In this document: in pieces, positions 7,616-14,788 of the stretch
Layout of the letters: the number at the start of each line of letters is the position of its first letter
Numbering within the stretch: position 1 is the stretch's first letter
From: Clostridia bacterium
Lineage (GTDB): Bacteria; Bacillota; Clostridia; UBA1381
Reading direction: 5' to 3'
Assembly: GCA_045589635.1 (NCBI GenBank)
Contig: JAZNPJ010000001.1
Span: 1 to 27,612 of the forward strand
Length of the DNA: 27,612 nt
Made by a program: the position numbers and the translations under genes
Notes under the pieces: generated by a model
Seen by the model: the letters and a program-made list of their open reading frames with translations, nothing else
What the model was told of the DNA's origin: nothing
The model's database searches: none

Positions 7616-7789
7616 AGGATAAACGTGATTTTTCACGTTTATCCTTCGGCAGATTTTATTGCACCACCGAAATTTTCGCACCCATAAAGGTGCGAAACGG
7701 TGATGTGCATAATTTCCATTATACGCCTTGTCTGTCCACAGGCAGGGCGGCAATTACTATTTGTGGACAGAAAGGCTATGGAAATTATA
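7616..7789. repeat. Three successive inverted repeats in the permease-ATPase spacer
   Basis: AGGATAAACGTGA/TCACGTTTATCCT (7616-7645); TTTCGCACC/GGTGCGAAA with CACCG/CGGTG extension (7665-7702); ATAATTTCCAT..TCTGTCCACA/TGTGGACAGA..ATGGAAATTAT (7709-7788). Confidence 0.8.
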
Positions 7790-8572
7790 ATGGCAATTCT
7801 TGAAGTTAAGAACATACATAAAAGCTTTGGAAAAACAAAGGTTTTAAAAGGAATAGACTTTTCTATGGAAGAGGGCAGTATACTTGCAGTACTTGGTTCC
7901 TCGGGCAGCGGAAAAACAACAATACTAAGATGTATAAATTTTCTGGAAACTGCCGATAAGGGACAAATTTATGTTGACGGAAAACTGATTTTTGACGGTG
8001 ATGATACAACAAAACTAAGTGCGTCGCAAATACGCGAAAGACAATTAAACTTCGGACTTGTTTTTCAGTCGTTTAATTTGTTCCCGCAGTATACCGCGCT
8101 TGAGAATGTTATGCTTGCACCAAAAGAGCTTGCAAAAGAGAGAGAGGACTATAAAAAGAACAAAGCACAGATTTTAGAAGAAATAAAAGAAGAGGCTATT
8201 GCACTTCTCACGAGGGTGGGACTTGAAAATAAGCTAAATAACTATCCCAGTCAGCTCTCGGGCGGACAGCAACAACGTGTTTCCATTGCAAGGGCGTTGG
8301 CACTAAAACCAAAAATATTATTCTTTGATGAGCCGACTTCCGCGCTTGACCCCGAGCTTACGGGCGAAATTTTAAGAGTAATAAAGAGCCTTGCGCAAAA
8401 GAAAATGACAATGGTTATTGTTACTCACGAAATAGAATTTGCAAAGAATGTTGCTGACGAAATAATCTTTATGAACGACGGTGTTATTTTGGAAAGAGGA
8501 ACACCCGAAGAGGTAATTGACAATCCCAAAAACCAGAGAACAAGGGAATTTTTAAGCAAACTTATGGAATAA
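7790..8572 (+). CDS. Polar amino-acid ABC transporter ATP-binding protein (GlnQ family)
   Basis: Walker A GSSGSGKT, VFQSFNLFP, signature LSGGQQQRV, Walker B LFFDEPTSALDPE, H-loop VTHE. Start ambiguous (7778 or 7790). Confidence 0.95.
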   Translation: MAILEVKNIHKSFGKTKVLKGIDFSMEEGSILAVLGSSGSGKTTILRCINFLETADKGQIYVDGKLIFDGDDTTKLSASQIRERQLNFGLVFQSFNLFPQYTALENVMLAPKELAKEREDYKKNKAQILEEIKEEAIALLTRVGLENKLNNYPSQLSGGQQQRVSIARALALKPKILFFDEPTSALDPELTGEILRVIKSLAQKKMTMVIVTHEIEFAKNVADEIIFMNDGVILERGTPEEVIDNPKNQRTREFLSKLME

Positions 8573-8739
8573 TAGCACTTCAAAAGGTCTGGTCCCGGTC
8601 TGAATAAAATTGCCCATCTCACCATTTTAAAAAGCTTGGAGTATCAACATACGCCGTCGCTTTTTTAAACGGCAATCTGAACAATTTTCTTTCAGACCCA
8701 TTTATTGTATTATAGACGTTAAAAAGGTGGGTTATAAAA

Positions 8740-9459
8740 ATGAAAAGAAAAGATATACTAAAAAGACTTTCGCTTTTATTTGTTATGGTCGCTTTAAGTG
8801 TTTGTACAGTATCATGTGCAGGCAAGGAGGCGCCTAAAAAAAGCTCGCTTGTTTCGCCTGATAAGCCTGTTACATCAAAGGTGGACAAGGACAAAAAAGA
8901 AGATAAAACAGAAGCAGAAAATGAAGACAAGCCTCAGAGTACACAAAAAGCTGATACACCGACAGCACCTACTGAATACAAGGAGGGCAAGCTTGAGGAA
9001 AAAACCTTTGAGAGTGAGTATATAGGTGTTAAGTTTAATCTTCCCCAAGGGTACAAAATGTATAACCGCGAACAGGTTGAGGCTATAATGGCAGAGCTTG
9101 TAGAAGACGACAGTACAGTCGGCGATATGAGCTACGAAACAATAATTCACAATGAGCAGGGCGATGTACAGGTTGTTATAGCGGTTGACCGAAACAAAGG
9201 TCAATACAGTGAGGAGGAGTATCTTGGCGGAATAGCTAACGGATACAAACAGATACCAACTGCCCAGATAAGCGAAGAAATTTCATATGCAACTATTGCA
9301 GGAATGGAGTTTTCGGCAATAGAGATATCAAGCGGTGATACATCAATGCTTCATTGTGTAAGGAAAAAGAATAGTGATATGCTCTATTACGTAATTACGT
9401 ATCCAAAGGGAAATATCGACGCGGTACAGACAGTAATGAATGCATTTGTACCAATGTAA
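8740..9459 (+). CDS. Putative lipoprotein of unknown function
   Basis: Signal peptide ending in a lipobox-like TVSC, a charged low-complexity linker (K/E/D/P/T), then a ~150-aa globular domain I cannot assign with confidence. Confidence 0.65.
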   Translation: MKRKDILKRLSLLFVMVALSVCTVSCAGKEAPKKSSLVSPDKPVTSKVDKDKKEDKTEAENEDKPQSTQKADTPTAPTEYKEGKLEEKTFESEYIGVKFNLPQGYKMYNREQVEAIMAELVEDDSTVGDMSYETIIHNEQGDVQVVIAVDRNKGQYSEEEYLGGIANGYKQIPTAQISEEISYATIAGMEFSAIEISSGDTSMLHCVRKKNSDMLYYVITYPKGNIDAVQTVMNAFVPM

Positions 9460-9472
9460 CAATAATTTAACA
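9456..9472 (-). promoter_or_regulatory. Candidate WalR-binding box upstream of the LCP gene
   Basis: Minus strand TGTTAA-ATTAT-TGTTAC, an exact match to the Bacillota WalR consensus TGTWAH-N5-TGTWAH, ending 30 bp before the -35. Confidence 0.45.
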
Positions 9473-9502
9473 AAAAGAAAAGAATTGTTAACAGTTCTAT
9501 AA

Positions 9503-9531
9503 TTGACATTTTTTGCGATTTAAAGTATAAT
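9503..9531 (+). promoter_or_regulatory. Sigma-A promoter of the LCP gene
   Basis: TTGACA, 17 nt, TATAAT: perfect consensus. Confidence 0.88.
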
Positions 9532-9566
9532 AAAGGCAACAAACAGGAAATGGAGAAACTTTTTGT

Positions 9567-10682
9567 ATGAAGTTTAATGTAAAAAGATACTTTCAGGTTT
9601 TAGGAGTATCGCTTGCGGTGATTTTGTGTCTGGGCGCGCTTGTGCTTGGTTGCAATTTCTCATCAATGCTTGGCGAGTTTTCCAACAATGGTTTTAACGA
9701 TAATGTTGTTAAAGCTGATGACGGAAAAATAAATGTACTTTTAACCTGTGTAGATATGGACGGATTAAGAACTGACGCGATAATGCTTGCACAATATGAC
9801 AGTGAGCGAAACAAGGTGAGCGTTTTATCAATCCCAAGAGATACAAGAGTGTTTGTAGGAAACCGTTACCAGAAGATAAATGCTGCACATGCCTTCCTTT
9901 ATGAGGATGGGAAAATTGGCGGACCTGAGGCTATATGCGGTACAGTTTCAAGACTTACGGGAGTGCCTATAAACTACTATATAGATTTCTCGTTTGATGC
10001 AGTTGCACAAATAATGAACGATTTGGGACCAGTTAACTTTGACATTCCCGATGTACACGGAGACGGACGCGGAATGGTATATGATGACCCCATTCAGGGC
10101 TTGCATATAAATCTTCCGCCGGGAAATCACGACCTTAACGGTTCTGAGGTTGTACACCTTTTAAGATACAGAAAAAACAACAGAGGACAAGGCTATGTTG
10201 ATGGTGATATAGGCAGAATAAGACTGCAGCAGAATTTTATAAAAGCACTTGCAGACCAGAAGCTTAACGCGTCGCTTATATTAAAAGTACCGTCTATTTT
10301 TAAAGATGTTGTGGATAATATAGACACAAATATAAGTCTTTCGGATGTTGTTAAATATTCAAAATACTTAACGGGAATATCTTCTTTAAATATTACAACA
10401 CTTACACTTCCGGGTGTGGATGCATATGACACATTGGAAAAACAGTCAATGCTTGTTCCTAATATGAATGAGTTAAAAACCCTAATTATAGAAAACTTTG
10501 GTTATGATGAAGAAATGACTGTAGAAGACCCGCAAAGACAAATGGAATATTTTGGGGACGCTTATCAGGCATATTATAATGCAGTAAACAGCGGCAGCGT
10601 TGATGCATTGGGACATTCTCCAAAGTATAATGAAAGATTAAGATATAACGAAGCATATTACGACAGTGTATACGACAGTTAG
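9567..10682 (+). CDS. LCP (LytR-CpsA-Psr) family cell-wall glycopolymer ligase
   Basis: One N-terminal TM segment; RTDAIML, LSIPRDT, KINAAH, LRYR and DIGRIRLQQ motifs. Confidence 0.93.
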   Translation: MKFNVKRYFQVLGVSLAVILCLGALVLGCNFSSMLGEFSNNGFNDNVVKADDGKINVLLTCVDMDGLRTDAIMLAQYDSERNKVSVLSIPRDTRVFVGNRYQKINAAHAFLYEDGKIGGPEAICGTVSRLTGVPINYYIDFSFDAVAQIMNDLGPVNFDIPDVHGDGRGMVYDDPIQGLHINLPPGNHDLNGSEVVHLLRYRKNNRGQGYVDGDIGRIRLQQNFIKALADQKLNASLILKVPSIFKDVVDNIDTNISLSDVVKYSKYLTGISSLNITTLTLPGVDAYDTLEKQSMLVPNMNELKTLIIENFGYDEEMTVEDPQRQMEYFGDAYQAYYNAVNSGSVDALGHSPKYNERLRYNEAYYDSVYDS

Positions 10683-10771
10683 AGGCGGCTGTTTCTTTTA
10701 GCGCCCAACGTTCAAAGGCGTTCTAAACATAAAAAAGACAATTTTATTTACGTCAAATCATAAAATTAGAG

Positions 10772-10808
10772 TAAGAAAATCTGCGTTTTTGCAGATTTTC
10801 TTATTTTT
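10772..10808 (+). terminator. Rho-independent terminator downstream of the LCP gene
   Basis: 13-bp stem TAAGAAAATCTGC/GCAGATTTTCTTA followed by TTTTT. Confidence 0.75.
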
Positions 10809-10822
10809 ATGCCTTTGAACTA

Positions 10823-10970
10823 TACACAAAACTCGCCCTGTCGACGCTCTCAAAACCTTGCGGTTTTGTCGCTACAAATTGCTATGCAATTTGTTGACCT
10901 CGACGTACCCTTGTACGCCTTCGGGCAGGGTAAAATGCGAAGGTGTTCGCATTTTACCTCGTTTTGTGTA
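10823..10970. ncRNA. Multi-stem structured intergenic element (candidate structured RNA motif or small palindromic repeat/MITE-like element)
   Basis: Outer stem TACACAAAAC/GTTTTGTGTA; inner stem CCCTGTCGA/TCGGGCAGGG; hairpins CAAAACC/GGTTTTG, ACAAATTGC/GCAATTTGT, CGTAC/GTACG and GGTAAAATGCGA/TCGCATTTTACC. More GC-rich than the flanks. Confidence 0.5.
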
Positions 10971-11073
10971 TTCTGCATCTAAAATAAATCAGCCTTAATT
11001 ATCTTGTTGTTATTGGATATGCACAAAAAAGGGACACAAAATGCATAAAATTGAATAAATTTCTAAAATATAC

Positions 11074-11102
11074 TTGATAAATTTGTAATTGTTTGATACA
11101 AT
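11074..11102 (+). promoter_or_regulatory. Sigma-A promoter of walR-walK-yycI
   Basis: TTGATA, 17 nt, TG-n-TACAAT. Confidence 0.7.
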
Positions 11103-11178
11103 ATATGTAACTGTAAAGAAACAAATGTAATCTTTAATGTATTTGAAGATTTTCTGAGAGGAGTTAACAGAAACTGTT

Positions 11179-11880
11179 ATGGAAAAGACTATACTTATAA
11201 TTGAAGATGAAAAAAACATCAATGATATACTTGCTTTTAAATTTGCCAAAGAGGGCTACAAAACACTTTCAGCATTTGACGGTATAAAAGGACTTGAGAT
11301 GGCACTTGGTGAAAATCCGGATATAATATTGCTTGACGTAATGTTACCCGGAATGGACGGATTTGAAGTGTGCAGACGTGTAAGAGACCGCTCCAATGTT
11401 CCTATTATTATGCTTACTGCGCGTGAGGACGAGGTTGATAAGGTACTGGGTCTTGAATTGGGTGCAGACGACTATATTACAAAGCCATACTCGGCAAGAG
11501 AATTGACTGCAAGAGTAAGAGCAAACCTCAGAAGAAGTGCGTATGACGTAGTAGAGATTGCAAGCACATCATCTGACGTAAATACTGTTGTATCGGGTGA
11601 TTTATCAATTAACATAGAGCGTTATGAGGTTTTAAAAGGCGGCGAAAATGTAGATATTACATTAAGAGAGTTTGAACTCTTAAAGTTTTTGGCAACACAG
11701 CCCGATAAGATTTTCTCGCGTGAAAAGCTTTTGGAAAATGTGTGGGGATATGAATATTACGGAGACGTACGTACTGTTGACGTTACTGTAAGACGTCTTC
11801 GCGAAAAAATAGAAGACGACCCAAGCTTACCTAAATATATCATAACAAAAAGAGGTTTGGGATACTATTTCAACAAATAA
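11179..11880 (+). CDS. walR: OmpR-family response regulator, WalR (YycF)-like
   Basis: Receiver LLDVMLP and GADDYITKP; effector VWGYEYYGDVRTVDVTVRRLREKIEDDPS closely resembling WalR; followed by a WalK-like kinase and a YycI-like gene. Confidence 0.85.
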   Translation: MEKTILIIEDEKNINDILAFKFAKEGYKTLSAFDGIKGLEMALGENPDIILLDVMLPGMDGFEVCRRVRDRSNVPIIMLTAREDEVDKVLGLELGADDYITKPYSARELTARVRANLRRSAYDVVEIASTSSDVNTVVSGDLSINIERYEVLKGGENVDITLREFELLKFLATQPDKIFSREKLLENVWGYEYYGDVRTVDVTVRRLREKIEDDPSLPKYIITKRGLGYYFNK

Positions 11881-11910
11881 GCATACACAGATGAAATGGA
11901 GTTTTAATAA

Positions 11911-13716
11911 TTGTTTAAAAGTATAAAAGGAAAAATAGTAGTGTACTTTGTGATTATGATACTTGTTATGCAGGCTATCTGTTCAGCTACTGCAATGTTG
12001 GGTGTATCATATCGCTACCACAATAATTTTAAAGAAGAAATCGCAAGTGTTTTTACTGAAGATTTTAAAAAACAATTATCAGAATTAGCCAATATAAGCA
12101 CCTCTCCGGAAGGAGAGGCGATTATTTTTGAGGAGAATGATACCTACATACTTTCAAAAATAACGGAGCTTGTAAATGCATATTCTTTTAAATTGAGCTT
12201 GTCTGGGTCAAGATTTTTTTCTGTAGTTGACAAGGACGGAAGATTTATATATTCAAGTGCGGAGCATGACGGGGATTATACCCCTACTCTTTTAAATGCA
12301 ATGCGAGGCACAGAGGATATAGAAAATTCTCTTACCGCCTCGTATGCGGATTATGCATTTCCGATAATGAGCGGCACTCAGGTGAGGTACATAATTTATA
12401 TAAAAGAGGATTGCAGCGACAGAAACTCGGCACTTACGTGGCTATTCTTTATGCTTATAGCCTCGTGGTTCTTCTCGGGTGCAATAGCAGTTATTGTGGG
12501 TATGATTTTTGCTACAGACATAACAAATCCTCTGAAGCAATTAACAGAGAAAGCACGTCTGTTAACAGAGGGAGACATAAATGCGCTCGAGCAAAGTGAT
12601 ATAAAAGACGAAATAGGTCAGATGACGAATATGCTTGTATTACTTGCCAAAAAGGGCGAAGACGCTACCGCAAAAGCCAATGAGGAAAAAAACAAGATAG
12701 AAACTATTTTGCAGAATATGACAGATGGTATCCTTGCCTTTGACATCAACGGAAAGCTTATTCACTTCAATAACGAAGCACAGAGATTGCTTGGCAGAAA
12801 ATATCTTGATGATATCACATTCGACAGATTTTTTAAAGAGCTTAATGCAAATATCACCCTTGGTGATATACTGTATGTAAAAAATGAACAGGGCGAGGAA
12901 ACAGAGCGAACAATAAAGGTAGACGAGCAGTTTTTAACTTTAAGCTTTGCTACTTTTATGCTGCAAAATAAAACAGCGGGTATAATTGTTATTATACACG
13001 ATATAACAAAGCAGGAGAGGCTCGAAAAATCACGACGTGAATTTGTATCCAACGTTTCGCATGAGCTAAGAACCCCTCTTACCACAATAAAATCGTATGC
13101 AGAAATGCTCTCAGATACTCCTGATGCAGATGTTGAGCTAAGAACACGTTTTTTAGGCACAATCACGTCCGAGTCCGACAGAATGACGCGTATGATAAGC
13201 GACTTTTTAACACTGTCGCAGCTTGATGAAAATCAGGCATATATGAAAAACATAGATGAGATAGATGTTCGTGCACTTGTGGATAATATAATAGAAAGAA
13301 ATATCTTTACCGCTAAAAAGAAAAATATCGAGTTAAAGCACAGACGTATAAATAAAACCCCCAAAATAATGGGTTATCGCGACGGACTTGACAGAGTTAT
13401 CACAAACATTGTTACCAATGCATTAAAATATACACGCGAGGGCGGGACTGTAACAGTGTACACATCTAAGGTGTATAAAGATATCCAGATAAAGGTCGCA
13501 GACACGGGTATAGGAATTTCCGAAGAACAACTGCCCAAGATTTTTGACAGATTTTTCAGGGTTGATAAGGCGCGCTCAAGAGACCGTGGTGGTTCGGGGC
13601 TTGGTCTTGCTATTGCAAAGCAGACAATCGAGAGCTTTTTCGGCGGTAAAATCAAAATAACAAGCGAACTCAATGTTGGGACGGAGGTTACAATAACTAT
13701 TCCCGTAGGAGAATGA
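11911..13716 (+). CDS. walK: Sensor histidine kinase, WalK (YycG)-like: 2 TM, extracytoplasmic domain, HAMP, PAS, HisKA, HATPase
   Basis: PAS ILQNMTDGILAFD, H-box EFVSNVSHELRTPLT, N-box NIVTNALKY, G-boxes DTGIGI, RFFRVDKARSR and GSGLGLAI; TTG start with GGAG RBS. Confidence 0.85.
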   Translation: MFKSIKGKIVVYFVIMILVMQAICSATAMLGVSYRYHNNFKEEIASVFTEDFKKQLSELANISTSPEGEAIIFEENDTYILSKITELVNAYSFKLSLSGSRFFSVVDKDGRFIYSSAEHDGDYTPTLLNAMRGTEDIENSLTASYADYAFPIMSGTQVRYIIYIKEDCSDRNSALTWLFFMLIASWFFSGAIAVIVGMIFATDITNPLKQLTEKARLLTEGDINALEQSDIKDEIGQMTNMLVLLAKKGEDATAKANEEKNKIETILQNMTDGILAFDINGKLIHFNNEAQRLLGRKYLDDITFDRFFKELNANITLGDILYVKNEQGEETERTIKVDEQFLTLSFATFMLQNKTAGIIVIIHDITKQERLEKSRREFVSNVSHELRTPLTTIKSYAEMLSDTPDADVELRTRFLGTITSESDRMTRMISDFLTLSQLDENQAYMKNIDEIDVRALVDNIIERNIFTAKKKNIELKHRRINKTPKIMGYRDGLDRVITNIVTNALKYTREGGTVTVYTSKVYKDIQIKVADTGIGISEEQLPKIFDRFFRVDKARSRDRGGSGLGLAIAKQTIESFFGGKIKITSELNVGTEVTITIPVGE

Positions 13717-13725
13717 TGATAGATT

Positions 13726-14523
13726 ATGAAGAATTATTTTTTAAAAATATTTATCTTGCTGTCTGTACTTATTGTTTTGCTTGTGTTATGTTGTTATCTT
13801 GCTTTAGGACAAAGCTCAGGGTATGAAAAAGAGTCCGTATATAAAATAGTTTCGTATTTGGGAGAACGTGGAATAAGCGTAGACCCCGATATAATAGACA
13901 TAAAAAAGAAATATGCTATTGATATGGATTTAGAGAGTGTAACGGTCGATAAATCTGCACTGAGTAAAAATATTCTATTAGAAGATGCAAATGTTTTAGC
14001 AGATACATATACCTCCGAATCGGGAACTGTTGCATTTAAGGGTAACGATTTTTCGTTTAAGAGCGCAAAAGAAATAAGCATGGATATAGAAGCGAAAACA
14101 AGTCTGTATGACATTGGTAAAAAAACGCAAAAGCTTATAGAAAATTTTGGCTTTGATGTTGACTCGGGCAATATTACGGTTTTAGAAACCGCTGATGGCT
14201 TCAGGGCAGATATTACCAAAACAACAGACGGAGTAAAAATATTCAATAACTGTATAAGCATCGAAATTAAAGATGGAAAATTCAATCAGTTATGGGGACG
14301 CTGGTATTATCCAAAATCCAAAAGCCGCGACAAGCGAGAAGTAAAACCCGTAATTGATGCACTTGTGCTATTTTCTCAGGATAATATAAACAACAAAAAA
14401 ATTCAGATAAAAAGCATAGAACTCGGATATCTGCTTACCGACACATCTCAAAAAACAACAACTCTAAGGCCTGTTTGGCAAATAAAAACAGATACACAAG
14501 GAGATATCTATATAGATGCATAA
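13726..14523 (+). CDS. yycI: YycI-like two-component system regulatory membrane protein
   Basis: Single N-terminal TM anchor, ~265 aa, C-terminal IELGY....LRPVW.I...IYIDA pattern, position directly after walK. Confidence 0.65.
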   Translation: MKNYFLKIFILLSVLIVLLVLCCYLALGQSSGYEKESVYKIVSYLGERGISVDPDIIDIKKKYAIDMDLESVTVDKSALSKNILLEDANVLADTYTSESGTVAFKGNDFSFKSAKEISMDIEAKTSLYDIGKKTQKLIENFGFDVDSGNITVLETADGFRADITKTTDGVKIFNNCISIEIKDGKFNQLWGRWYYPKSKSRDKREVKPVIDALVLFSQDNINNKKIQIKSIELGYLLTDTSQKTTTLRPVWQIKTDTQGDIYIDA

Positions 14524-14552
14524 AAAGCAGGTTTTTAAACAACCTGCTTTTT
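14522..14552 (+). terminator. Rho-independent terminator of the wal operon
   Basis: AAAAAGCAGGTT-TTTAAAC-AACCTGCTTTTT. Confidence 0.88.
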
Positions 14553-14607
14553 GTAATATTACTAAAAAATACCTAATATAAAAATAATCTAAAAAATATA
14601 TACATTA

Positions 14608-14636
14608 TTGACATAGCAAGAAAATTATGATATACT
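14608..14636 (+). promoter_or_regulatory. Strong sigma-A promoter of the SLH/S-layer gene
   Basis: TTGACA, 17 nt, TG-n-TATACT, about 150 nt upstream of the ATG. Confidence 0.85.
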
Positions 14637-14788
14637 GTCAGTAGTCGAATTGTGAAAACCAACTGGTTTTTTACAAATGGTTTAATAAGTTAAAATATCA
14701 TTACCTGCATTTTGATTTTAGCGACAGTTAAACCCAAAAAATATTTGATTTTTAAAGGTATATAATCTTTAAAAAGGGAGGTATAAAA

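Noticed and set aside
6850-7790. T-box or amino-acid riboswitch in the ABC operon spacers
   Set aside because: No T-box UGGNACC antiterminator bulge or specifier-loop motifs are visible, and the elements are internal rather than in the 5' leader.
10683-11178. CRISPR array, tRNA or IS element in the largest intergenic region
   Set aside because: No regularly spaced direct repeats, no cloverleaf with T-loop/CCA signature, no transposase ORF and no obvious target-site duplication.
14553-14562. Palindrome GTAATATTAC upstream of the SLH promoter as an operator or WalR site
   Set aside because: Short, AT-rich, adjacent to the terminator T-tract, and has only one TGTAAT half-site; likely chance.
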